A DNA stretch of 64,000 nt from a virus (Duplodnaviria > Caudoviricetes): IMG/VR virus record IMGVR_UViG_3300028805_000046, positions 64,001 to 128,000 of that record, one strand, 5' to 3'. Position 1 is the stretch's first letter; every line of letters starts with the position of its first letter. A program made the position numbers and the translations under genes. The notes under the pieces were generated by a model, which did not search any database, was not told the origin of the DNA, and saw only the letters and a list, made by a program, of their open reading frames with translations. Below, in pieces: positions 18,772 to 27,422 of the stretch.

Positions 18772-19242
18772 ATGACACCTGATGAATTTAGGACAGAACT
18801 TCGTAAGCAGAATGTGACACTACCGAAGTTCGTTGAAGATTACATTGACGGACTTGAAAAGAAATCAAACAAGAAAAAGACAGTCTATACTGTTCGTCAC
18901 ATCTATCAGCATGATATGGATGTAGAACATCGCAAGGTCTATTCTGGAACCGATCCAAAGAAGGCTCTTGAAAAATGTTATGAAACACTTCAGTGGGTTC
19001 AGGACACTTGTGAAGGTTATCTTTATCCATTTGAGCATGACTTTGAACAGAAGTTTCCAGGTAAGGAATATGGTGATTTGCATTTCAGCGGTCTTCAGAT
19101 TAAGCAGTTCTTCATTGATTACATCAAGGAGTGCATCAAGAACAAGCAAAGCATAAACTACGACTTGATGTACAACGGCGATTGGGATCCTGAAAGTGAC
19201 GGCGAAGCCGGCGGTTTTGAACTTGACATTACAGAGGTTTAA
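18772..19242 (+). CDS. Hypothetical protein
   Basis: ORF with GAGG RBS. Confidence 0.65.
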   Translation: MTPDEFRTELRKQNVTLPKFVEDYIDGLEKKSNKKKTVYTVRHIYQHDMDVEHRKVYSGTDPKKALEKCYETLQWVQDTCEGYLYPFEHDFEQKFPGKEYGDLHFSGLQIKQFFIDYIKECIKNKQSINYDLMYNGDWDPESDGEAGGFELDITEV

Positions 19243-19243
19243 T

Positions 19244-19924
19244 ATGTCACAGAAATACATTATTGATACATCTTTTAACTGGGCTGATGAAATGGACATC
19301 AATCAGTTCACCATTCTTGACGAAGAAGAAAGGCAAGCGCTCATCAAGCTCACTGACGATATGGACGATGATTATGTTTACACCGCTTACGTCGGTTCAA
19401 ATGAAGAAGAGGAATTGACGAAGCGTGATTTTGAAAGCATGCTAAGAACTGCTCGTCCGATTTCTGACCAAGAAGCAGAAACTATCTTACGTTACGCTTC
19501 TCAATGTCAAAGCGAACTCTTTGCGGAAGTCGCTGAATCATTCTATGAATCTCATCCTGAAAAGTCGCCTTACAAGCGTGAAGAAAAGATCATGGCTGTT
19601 CCTGCCTCAAACAACACTAATGAGGAATCACAGTGGGTAGAATTTAATCGGACGCCTTGCATCAAGAACATTGTATGGAAGGAAGGCATGCGCATCAAGC
19701 ACTGCTGGGTCCACGCAGTTCCTTACTTTGACATTGAGAACTCGCTTGCTCTTAGCGATGTATCTAACTATAAGCCGGGTCCACATTGGTACGAATCTTT
19801 CATCTCGACTGTTCACAAAGACAGTGAAGGATTCTACGTCTACCCGAACGATGACGCTACTAGAGAAAAGATTCGTGAGTTTGGAGTTGATGAAACATCA
19901 ATCATTGAGGAGCCTAAGAAATGA
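19244..19924 (+). CDS. Hypothetical acidic protein
   Basis: AGAGGT RBS before ATG 19244. Confidence 0.65.
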   Translation: MSQKYIIDTSFNWADEMDINQFTILDEEERQALIKLTDDMDDDYVYTAYVGSNEEEELTKRDFESMLRTARPISDQEAETILRYASQCQSELFAEVAESFYESHPEKSPYKREEKIMAVPASNNTNEESQWVEFNRTPCIKNIVWKEGMRIKHCWVHAVPYFDIENSLALSDVSNYKPGPHWYESFISTVHKDSEGFYVYPNDDATREKIREFGVDETSIIEEPKK

Positions 19925-20109
19925 AAGTCTCAATAGAATACATACCGCGTGATTGCCTGTCTACACAAAAATATCCCGACGTATCAAAGGAAGTATATGT
20001 TCCTGATGGTATGCGAGATGAGGAAATTGCGGCATTTTATGAAAGCAGACACAAGAACATACATCACGTTGGAATAAATGTTGTAAAAATTGTGCGGCTA
20101 GAGGGTTGA
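19921..20109 (+). CDS. Hypothetical protein
   Basis: ATGA overlap, GAGGAG RBS. Confidence 0.6.
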   Translation: MKVSIEYIPRDCLSTQKYPDVSKEVYVPDGMRDEEIAAFYESRHKNIHHVGINVVKIVRLEG

Positions 20110-20134
20110 CATCAAATGCGCTTTTTGTTATTTT
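20106..20134 (+). promoter_or_regulatory. Sigma70-like promoter (probably leaderless transcript)
   Basis: TTGACA-N17-TATTTT; ATG 20141 follows after 6 nt with no SD. Confidence 0.65.
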
Positions 20135-20140
20135 TGTACT

Positions 20141-20539
20141 ATGGATACTGCAAACTTTCTCAAAAATATCATGAAGCGTTATACCGCTTTCATCAAAGAT
20201 GACGTTGAATTTGAAACCGGAGATTTCTGGAGGAAAAGACCTCATCGTGTCTTTATCTTCAAAGCAAAGACTGGATTCCCGGTCCGAGTCTATGAAGCAA
20301 GAACAAAGTTGCTTTTTGACTATTCTGAAATTCTTCAGCAGGAAGTAACTATTGATAACTGCTTTTCTTTTCTTAGCTCAATTCCGCAAAAAGTGCATCA
20401 TGTAGAATTTATCTCAGAAGAAGAAGCAGAAAAGATCATGGAAGGAAACATCAAAGTCATTCTTAAACTGCCATCAATGTTTAGCCGCGTTGCTAGGTTA
20501 AAAGAAATGAAAAAGCAACAAATGAAGTGGAGTATCTAA
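20141..20539 (+). CDS. Hypothetical protein
   Basis: ORF whose stop overlaps the topoisomerase A-subunit start. Confidence 0.6.
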   Translation: MDTANFLKNIMKRYTAFIKDDVEFETGDFWRKRPHRVFIFKAKTGFPVRVYEARTKLLFDYSEILQQEVTIDNCFSFLSSIPQKVHHVEFISEEEAEKIMEGNIKVILKLPSMFSRVARLKEMKKQQMKWSI

Positions 20540-22035
20540 TGGGTATTACAGATTTTTTCGAGTATGATGAAAATGACAAGTCAGGAAACGGAACCAAAGC
20601 GACTGACTTGCTTGCAAAGAATATGTGTGATTATGGTACGGAAGTAATTTCAGACCGTGCTATCGCTGACTTCCGAGACGGATTTAAGCCATCACAAAGA
20701 CGCATTATGAAAGCCGCTGCAGACTTGCATGCTTACTGGAATAACAGAACAGTAAAGTCTGCAAGAATTGTCGGCGACACAATGGGACGCTATCACCCGC
20801 ATGGTGATGTATCTATCTATTCGTCAATGGTGACGATGGCAAATGCAGAATATCCTGCAATTCATGGCGAAGGAAACTTCGGATCTTTGACTGATGGCGC
20901 CGCTGCACCAAGATATACGGAAGCCAAGATTTCTCAGCTTGGCATGAAGATGCTTGAATGCGATGATGTCACAGAAGAGGTTCCGAACTATACAGGTGAA
21001 TTTAAGGAGCCTGTTGTTATCTCGACTCGTTTCCCGTACTTCTTTGTGAATGCATGTGACGGTATTGCGGTAGGCTTGTCTTGCGCTATTCCTGCGCATA
21101 ACTTGAAAGAAGTCGTTGACGCAATGAAAGTTATTGTAAAGAAAGGCGAAAAGGCGACTGTCAAGGACATTATGAAATCAATCAAAGGTCCTGACTATAA
21201 GTACGGTGGAAAGATCTTGTCTGCGCCTGAAGAACTTGTCCCTCTTTACAAGACAGGCATTGGAAAGGTCAAGTATGAATGCGAGTACACAATTAAGCCG
21301 GAAAAGAAGGCGTTTCTTGTGACTATCACAGGATACTGTCCTGGCTTCCAGCCGTCTACTTTCATTGACGATATGATTCAGTTGATGAAGGAAAAGAAAG
21401 ACACTATCTTGTATGTCAATGACTCTTCAACAAAGTCAGAGCCTTGCAAGTTGGAAGTGATGGTCAAGTCAAAGGAAGTCTTTGAAGAATATGTACACAA
21501 GAAGCTCATTTGCAGTGTTGCATATCGTTACTACACAATCAAGAGAACTAAATCAGACGATCCTGAGAAGGACATTGATACAGAAGTCATTTCAGACTCT
21601 CCGTTCAACTTGATGAAGCAATGGATTGAGTGGCGAAAGGGCGAAGAAACGAAAATGTGTACTGTTGAGAAAAATTTGGTCGCTGATAAGAAGCAAAAGG
21701 CTGAATGGCGCTTATTGGCCTCTAAAAACCTCAAAACCATCGTTATAGCCCTTGAAACCGAAGAGCCAGTAAAATATCTGGCTGAAAATTTAGCAGGCTT
21801 AAAAGGCTCTCCACGGGCGTTAGAGGCCGCAGAGTATATCTGTTCAATGAAGGTCATATCTTTGAAGAAAGTTGACCAAGGCGAGACAAAGAAAGTCATA
21901 GTTGACCTTCAGAAACGTCTTGAAGAACTTGAGTATGACATTGCTCATATTGACCTTGTCGTTGTAAGAGAACTTGATAAGTTAAAGCCTTACTTCAGGG
22001 ACAGAAAGTTGAAGATTCAAGAGGACGCTGCATAA
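20539..22035 (+). CDS. gyrA: Type IIA topoisomerase cleavage subunit (GyrA/ParC-like, no CTD)
   Basis: DRAIADFRDGFKPSQRRI, KSARIVGD, YHPHGD, GNFGS, AAPRYTEA (catalytic Tyr), IPAHNL.EV. Confidence 0.95.
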   Translation: MGITDFFEYDENDKSGNGTKATDLLAKNMCDYGTEVISDRAIADFRDGFKPSQRRIMKAAADLHAYWNNRTVKSARIVGDTMGRYHPHGDVSIYSSMVTMANAEYPAIHGEGNFGSLTDGAAAPRYTEAKISQLGMKMLECDDVTEEVPNYTGEFKEPVVISTRFPYFFVNACDGIAVGLSCAIPAHNLKEVVDAMKVIVKKGEKATVKDIMKSIKGPDYKYGGKILSAPEELVPLYKTGIGKVKYECEYTIKPEKKAFLVTITGYCPGFQPSTFIDDMIQLMKEKKDTILYVNDSSTKSEPCKLEVMVKSKEVFEEYVHKKLICSVAYRYYTIKRTKSDDPEKDIDTEVISDSPFNLMKQWIEWRKGEETKMCTVEKNLVADKKQKAEWRLLASKNLKTIVIALETEEPVKYLAENLAGLKGSPRALEAAEYICSMKVISLKKVDQGETKKVIVDLQKRLEELEYDIAHIDLVVVRELDKLKPYFRDRKLKIQEDAA

Positions 22036-22048
22036 AAGCGTCCTTTTT
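22022..22048 (+). terminator. Rho-independent terminator
   Basis: AGGACGCT...AGCGTCCT followed by a T-run. Confidence 0.75.
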
Positions 22049-22066
22049 CTCGTGTATAAATACTAC

Positions 22067-23380
22067 ATGAGTAATTGGACCCAAAATGGATATGATCCTA
22101 GCGTACATGGCTGGAAGAAAGGCGTAGTAGACGGCGCTCCTTACGGAGGCTGGTCTGCTAACTACTTCTTTGCCGATACGCTTCGTTCTGTTGACATTGC
22201 TTTTGGACTTATGCTTCATGGCATAAGCGTATTTCATACTTCGTCTGAAGGAGAACCAGTCAAGCAGATAGAAGTTCCTATTAAGATTGGTCCTCGAGCA
22301 AAGGCGTTTGATTTTAGAATTGAGAAAGAGACTGGCAAGAAGTACTACATCCCTCTCCCAAACATCACTTACCGCAGAACGGGTATGTCTTGGGACTCTT
22401 CTCGTTCAGTCGGCCGTTATGAACGAAGAACCTTTTACAGTGAGTTCTTTGAACAGCACGGAATTGACTATGTAATGCAAAATAAGTTCTGGTCAGACAT
22501 TCAGCCAATTCCTTACAAGTTGAATTATGAAGTCAACATTAAGGCTGAATACCAAGACGATCTTGACCAGCTTAATGAACAGTTGACAAGACTCTTCGAG
22601 CCAGACTATCATTTGGTAGTTAAAGAATTCTGGTTCGCACCTATTCGTCGTACTTTAAAAGTCACTCTTGACAGTATCTCGTACGACTATCCCGTAGATT
22701 TTGACGAATCCAATAAGCGTGAATTTCATTGTAACATGACTTTCACCGTTGATGCTTGGCTCTATAAGCCGATTAAGCATGGCGCCATCATTGACCAAAT
22801 CATCACTAAGCTTTCAGCTGATGTTGGCGATAAGAAAGAATGCTGGCAGCATGATCTTCGTGGCAACTTCAATGGCTCATTGACTGACCGACATAACTTC
22901 TCTGAAGTATTCGGAACGAAGATTGACTATGCTTACAAGGTAAGACCGGAAAGCACTGTGCCTGTGTTCGTGCCTTCTGCTAATGCTTATGTCGCTAACT
23001 ATCAGTATGATAGACAAGACTACATTACTAACTATCCTCGTGGTTCTAAGCTGCTTGTTGTAACAAGCGCTGTCTATAACGATCCTAATGACACTTATGG
23101 GCAGTTGCAGGATAGAAATGTTAGAAGGAAAGTCGTAAACGACTTGATGAAGAACCATCCGTGGTATTCTGGCTGTAAGTTTGATAGCGAGATTTGCCCG
23201 CTTGCTAAGGGCGAAGAAGGCACTAGCGGATTCAACTTGATGATCTATAAAGACATGGAAGGATTCGGCGAAGCAGGCGGTGATTACGAATTTGGACATA
23301 AAGACGTTGACCTTGGTACAGAAATTGTGAAGGACGCTCCTTTTGCAAGTAAAACTAGCATTGTGGAAGTCAGCAAATAA
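22067..23380 (+). CDS. Tail completion / sheath stabiliser (T4 gp15-like)
   Basis: AFG.M..GI, IEVPIKIGP, LPNITY, QPIPY.LNYE, DLDQL.EQ...FEP, FTVDAWLYKP; TATAAATA ends 4 nt before ATG 22067. Confidence 0.8.
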   Translation: MSNWTQNGYDPSVHGWKKGVVDGAPYGGWSANYFFADTLRSVDIAFGLMLHGISVFHTSSEGEPVKQIEVPIKIGPRAKAFDFRIEKETGKKYYIPLPNITYRRTGMSWDSSRSVGRYERRTFYSEFFEQHGIDYVMQNKFWSDIQPIPYKLNYEVNIKAEYQDDLDQLNEQLTRLFEPDYHLVVKEFWFAPIRRTLKVTLDSISYDYPVDFDESNKREFHCNMTFTVDAWLYKPIKHGAIIDQIITKLSADVGDKKECWQHDLRGNFNGSLTDRHNFSEVFGTKIDYAYKVRPESTVPVFVPSANAYVANYQYDRQDYITNYPRGSKLLVVTSAVYNDPNDTYGQLQDRNVRRKVVNDLMKNHPWYSGCKFDSEICPLAKGEEGTSGFNLMIYKDMEGFGEAGGDYEFGHKDVDLGTEIVKDAPFASKTSIVEVSK

Positions 23381-23405
23381 ATAAAACAAATTCTAGGAGA
23401 TAACA

Positions 23406-23906
23406 ATGAAGAAAAGTGTCAATATTTCTAGAGATAAGCTTGAGAATTTGATAGAAAGTTTTTTCGGTCTTACTGACAAGTACGACATTGATGTCACTTG
23501 TGAGTCACTAACCGAATACATAGCATGTAAGCTTAGAATAGATGAAGAGACCGTAACTAAAGCATTTGGAAAAATACTTGCAGCTGCCGCTTCATTCAAT
23601 GAAAGCGCATACAATAATGCTATTGTAGAAAAGTTTAGTGCTTCTGAAATCCAGCAAGACTTTATGAACTTCTTCCATAAAAAGGAACTTAATGAAGCTA
23701 AGAAGCTTTGTAAAGATGAACTCATGAAAGATGAAGGACTCAAGACTTATCGTCGTACCAATGAATATCGTTCTGCTGACCAAGAAGGCAAATATCGCAT
23801 GATTTGGAAGTACGTCGTTAGCCAGTTCAATAACTGCATTGGCAGTGAAGAAGATCTTGCTGATGTCTGCATGGAAATCGCAATGTACGATGAGAGCCAA
23901 TTTTAA
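23406..23906 (+). CDS. Hypothetical late protein
   Basis: AATAAATA and AGGAG upstream. Confidence 0.65.
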   Translation: MKKSVNISRDKLENLIESFFGLTDKYDIDVTCESLTEYIACKLRIDEETVTKAFGKILAAAASFNESAYNNAIVEKFSASEIQQDFMNFFHKKELNEAKKLCKDELMKDEGLKTYRRTNEYRSADQEGKYRMIWKYVVSQFNNCIGSEEDLADVCMEIAMYDESQF

Positions 23907-23933
23907 GTATAAATAGAAAAAGGAGATTTTGAA

Positions 23934-24374
23934 ATGGACGTAAAAAATATGATAGCTGGATTCAGTAACTGGTACCATAATCAGTACCTTAAGGAAGACG
24001 GATATGTAGATGAACCGCTTGACCCAGAGGGAGTTGCAGTGCAGCAAGCAAACGCACAGCAACAGGCTGCTCAGGCAAACACACAGTCTGCTGCGCCTCA
24101 GCAAGCTGGTTCATGTTTCAAGAAGTACTTCTCAGGAAATGGTACTATGAAGGCTAACCTTGCTTCTCTTGGCAAGGAACTCGGCGATGCTCTTGTTGCT
24201 TTTGCCCTTAAGGAATATGTTTCGCCTGATATGTTTGATGGCGATGACAACCGTATCAACTATGAAACAGCTATTCGTGATACGATTGCAGAAAATTACA
24301 ACTTGAAGATCATCGAAATTCTTCGCAATGCCGGTATCTTCATTTCAAACACTAAGGAAAAGTACACAAAGTAA
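23934..24374 (+). CDS. Hypothetical late protein
   Basis: TATAAATA and AAGGAG upstream. Confidence 0.7.
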   Translation: MDVKNMIAGFSNWYHNQYLKEDGYVDEPLDPEGVAVQQANAQQQAAQANTQSAAPQQAGSCFKKYFSGNGTMKANLASLGKELGDALVAFALKEYVSPDMFDGDDNRINYETAIRDTIAENYNLKIIEILRNAGIFISNTKEKYTK

Positions 24375-24386
24375 TAGGTAGTCAAG

Positions 24387-24797
24387 ATGAAAGAATTGAA
24401 TGAAGCAATAGAAAGATTAAACAAAGCCGGATTCATTGTTGAAGGTTACGGACGCAACGAGTTTAACACTGATGGTACCCGCAAGCAAACCCGCTATGGC
24501 AATGGCGCTGGCGCTGCAGGATATACTTACAAGTCACCTACTAAAGACCGCATGTATATCAAGATCTTGCAGTGCCTTCTTGATGGCGAGAAGACAAAGG
24601 CTCAAGTTCATGTCGAAGTTGGTCTGCCTGACCCAACTGCTAAGGATGAACGCGGACATGTAAGTAACTACTATACATCAGTATGGCAGGAACTACGCCG
24701 TGCTGGACTTGTAGATTTTGAACGTAGAGATGGAAAGACTCTCTGGTTCATCACTGAACGCGGCATGGAACTTGTTGATGAGGCAAACGGAGTGTAA
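24387..24797 (+). CDS. LNEA-leader protein with winged-helix-like C-terminus
   Basis: MKELNEAIERLNKAGFIVE; ILQCLLDGEKT...ELRRAGLV...WFITERG. Confidence 0.65.
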   Translation: MKELNEAIERLNKAGFIVEGYGRNEFNTDGTRKQTRYGNGAGAAGYTYKSPTKDRMYIKILQCLLDGEKTKAQVHVEVGLPDPTAKDERGHVSNYYTSVWQELRRAGLVDFERRDGKTLWFITERGMELVDEANGV

Positions 24798-24824
24798 AGG
24801 CTCCACCTAATCATCTTTTTGATG

Positions 24825-24850
24825 ATGCGGGCAAACTGCCCGCATTTTTT
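24825..24850 (+). terminator. Rho-independent terminator
   Basis: ATGCGGGCA-AAC-TGCCCGCAT followed by a T-run. Confidence 0.8.
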
Positions 24851-24881
24851 GTCTTGAATAAATAAACTAGAGGAGATTTAC

Positions 24882-25355
24882 ATGGATATTAAGACTATCT
24901 ACTGCGACATGGACGGCGTTCTTACTGATTTCATTAAAGGCGCTCAGAAAGCAGACGCCATTGATGGAAAGGTGGTAGACTGGAAGAAAATCAATAAGCT
25001 TGGATCCGCATTCTGGGCTGAACTTGAATGGACAAAAGATGGACAGCAGTTTATCAACTGGCTAAGAAAGCTCTGTACTGAGAGTAAGATTGATCTTTGC
25101 ATCCTTTCATCTGTTGGTAGAGAAGAAGGCGTCAAAGGCAAGCAGATGTGGCTTGACGAAAAGACTCCATTCATTTCAAAGCAGAATCGTTACTTCGTAA
25201 AGAGGGGATCTGATAAAGGTAAGTACGCTTCTAGGTCTTCAATTCTTATTGATGACTTTGGTAAGAACATTGAGGCGTTTATCATGGCTGGCGGACAGGC
25301 CGTTAAGTATGAAAACTTTAATCAAGCAAGAGACGAGATTACAGGTTTGCTATAA
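24882..25355 (+). CDS. HAD-family 5'(3')-deoxyribonucleotidase-like protein
   Basis: IYCDMDGVLTDF, K..WL, ILIDD..KNI. Confidence 0.85.
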   Translation: MDIKTIYCDMDGVLTDFIKGAQKADAIDGKVVDWKKINKLGSAFWAELEWTKDGQQFINWLRKLCTESKIDLCILSSVGREEGVKGKQMWLDEKTPFISKQNRYFVKRGSDKGKYASRSSILIDDFGKNIEAFIMAGGQAVKYENFNQARDEITGLL

Positions 25356-26197
25356 TGACAAATTTTGCTGAAGAGTTCGCAAAGACATTCGGAAACAGCT
25401 GTCCGCCAACAACTGACTGGAATGCGCCGCGCCCATTTGATGCTTTGAATAATGACTGTTATAAAGCAGAGGCAGCGTTGATTAGCGAACTTACTTCAGA
25501 AGCGTACAATCAGTTCGGCTTTGAGGTGCAGTACTTTATCAAGAAGATAAGTACCAAGAAAGACAAGCTCTATGGCGAAGACGCTCTTGAGAACTTCGAG
25601 AGACGCTTTAGATTGAAAGTCTATGCCGAAAACGTTCCGCAGCTGCAGAGACAGTACCAGCTGCAAGGCATGCTTTATACCGAAATCGTTACCTTGCAGG
25701 CTACGATAGAACATTTTAGAGAAGCATCTACCTACGACTACGTCACTCATGAACAGGCATGGCCGGAGTACTATCCGAAGATAGGTGATGTGATGTACTT
25801 TCCTTGGTGCGACTTATACTATGAGATCTTGAACGTAAAGGAATTTGCTGAAGGTACTTCGTTCTTATCGGCTCCTATTACGTTTACATTCCAGCTGAGA
25901 GTATGGAGAAACGCTCATGAAAGCGTAGACCATACAGAAGTCAATGACGATAAGATGGAGCATTTGAACAGCTACGTCAGCCTTGCCGAAACGTTCCACA
26001 TTGACCACAAGACAGATGATGGCAAGTATGAGCACATGGGACCGCCAAAATCGGATCATGCTGAGCTCAAGACCAGTAAGGTTGAAGCGAAAGGCGATGT
26101 GCTTGCAGTCAATGACTATCTTAAGACGCAGGAACACGTTTTGTTTAAGAAGAAAGGTAAAGATAAGTCACTCGATCCATTTGATGGGTGGAGATAA
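25355..26197 (+). CDS. Neck protein (T4 gp14-like)
   Basis: L.SE....FGFEVQYF, DKLYGED....F, PKIGDVMYFP...YYEI. Confidence 0.75.
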   Translation: MTNFAEEFAKTFGNSCPPTTDWNAPRPFDALNNDCYKAEAALISELTSEAYNQFGFEVQYFIKKISTKKDKLYGEDALENFERRFRLKVYAENVPQLQRQYQLQGMLYTEIVTLQATIEHFREASTYDYVTHEQAWPEYYPKIGDVMYFPWCDLYYEILNVKEFAEGTSFLSAPITFTFQLRVWRNAHESVDHTEVNDDKMEHLNSYVSLAETFHIDHKTDDGKYEHMGPPKSDHAELKTSKVEAKGDVLAVNDYLKTQEHVLFKKKGKDKSLDPFDGWR

Positions 26198-26206
26198 GGA
26201 GAAAAT

Positions 26207-27280
26207 ATGGGAGCGGTAACAGACGCTATTTCAGCAATGAAAGTGCAGCAGTGGGGCAGAACCACTATGGCTGATGGTCAGTGGCTGCAAGAAAAGACTT
26301 TTAAGCAGTTAGACAATAGAGACATTAGATTAGCAAATGAAATTGACTCAATCAATGAACGTATTCCGACTAGCGGTAGTAGCTATGATGGATTGATTCC
26401 TTGGATTACAGATGGTAACCTTGAAAGAAATCCGCTTTTTGTCATTACTGATGGTACTGGAACTAGCCTTCAGAACGCCGCTAGCGGCGATAAGCAGTTC
26501 TACGTCGCACCTAGATTCTTCAACAATGACGACGGCAAGGTATTTGGTATAAAAGAAGGCAAAGCAAAATGGATTGACCCTATTGAGGTAAGTTACATTA
26601 AAGATTCTGAAACTACTAAAGTTGATTCTTTGAAACTGTATTGGAAAGGCTCAGATCAAGCACAGTTTAAAGCAGATGCTAACTGGTTAGGAAGCACTGT
26701 TCCAACTCCTATTTCTACTGATGAAGGAAAAGGCAAAGTTCCTGTTGCATACTACAGAGATGGACGCGGATATTTTAATCTTGAAAGACCTAAAGATTAT
26801 AGATTCGGCGATACAATACAGGATGGACCACTTCCTCAGAACGACGGCAAGGTATTGACTGTTACTTCAGGTGAAGGCGGCACTGCTTATGTAGATTGGA
26901 AGACAGCTCCTGGTACAGTTGAATTTCGTACTCTGCAGTCATATAGCAGTGACCAAAATAAAAAGTTAGTAAAAACGTCAACATTCGCAATGCCAAAAAT
27001 TAATGCTAAGTATTATGGAACTATTGGCTTTAGTGCTAGTATTCCAGGATCATACAGTATCGTGCCTTTAAGCGGTGACACTTTACTAAATGGCATAGTT
27101 TATGAATCACAATGCATAAACTTGCGAAATGTTCCTTCTGGACAGATATGTCATTATAATTTCTATTTTAATGCAGATGATCCTAATAAGCCATTTACTC
27201 ATATTGGAATAAAAGGCGATGCAGTGACTTCTGGTGCTAGTGTAGATATAGATTACTGTTCAGTCTTCTATCAGGAATAG
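26207..27280 (+). CDS. Hypothetical virion structural protein
   Basis: Late-gene context; DGKVLTV...W fibre-like segments. Confidence 0.5.
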   Translation: MGAVTDAISAMKVQQWGRTTMADGQWLQEKTFKQLDNRDIRLANEIDSINERIPTSGSSYDGLIPWITDGNLERNPLFVITDGTGTSLQNAASGDKQFYVAPRFFNNDDGKVFGIKEGKAKWIDPIEVSYIKDSETTKVDSLKLYWKGSDQAQFKADANWLGSTVPTPISTDEGKGKVPVAYYRDGRGYFNLERPKDYRFGDTIQDGPLPQNDGKVLTVTSGEGGTAYVDWKTAPGTVEFRTLQSYSSDQNKKLVKTSTFAMPKINAKYYGTIGFSASIPGSYSIVPLSGDTLLNGIVYESQCINLRNVPSGQICHYNFYFNADDPNKPFTHIGIKGDAVTSGASVDIDYCSVFYQE

Positions 27281-27300
27281 AAAACATATCTTTTAACCTT

Positions 27301-27326
27301 GACCCTGCGGAAGCAGGGTCTTTTTT
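27301..27326 (+). terminator. Rho-independent terminator
   Basis: GACCCTGC-GGAA-GCAGGGTC followed by TTTTTT. Confidence 0.85.
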
Positions 27327-27349
27327 CATCTTTTGACCTCGGTCTCCTA

Positions 27350-27357
27350 TATAAATA
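27350..27357 (+). promoter_or_regulatory. T4-type late promoter
   Basis: TATAAATA upstream of the tail sheath gene. Confidence 0.75.
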
Positions 27358-27422
27358 CCATAGTAAAGTTCATATTTTGTGACGTGAGTGAAATTATTAG
27401 AAGTTTAATATAGAGGAAAAAT

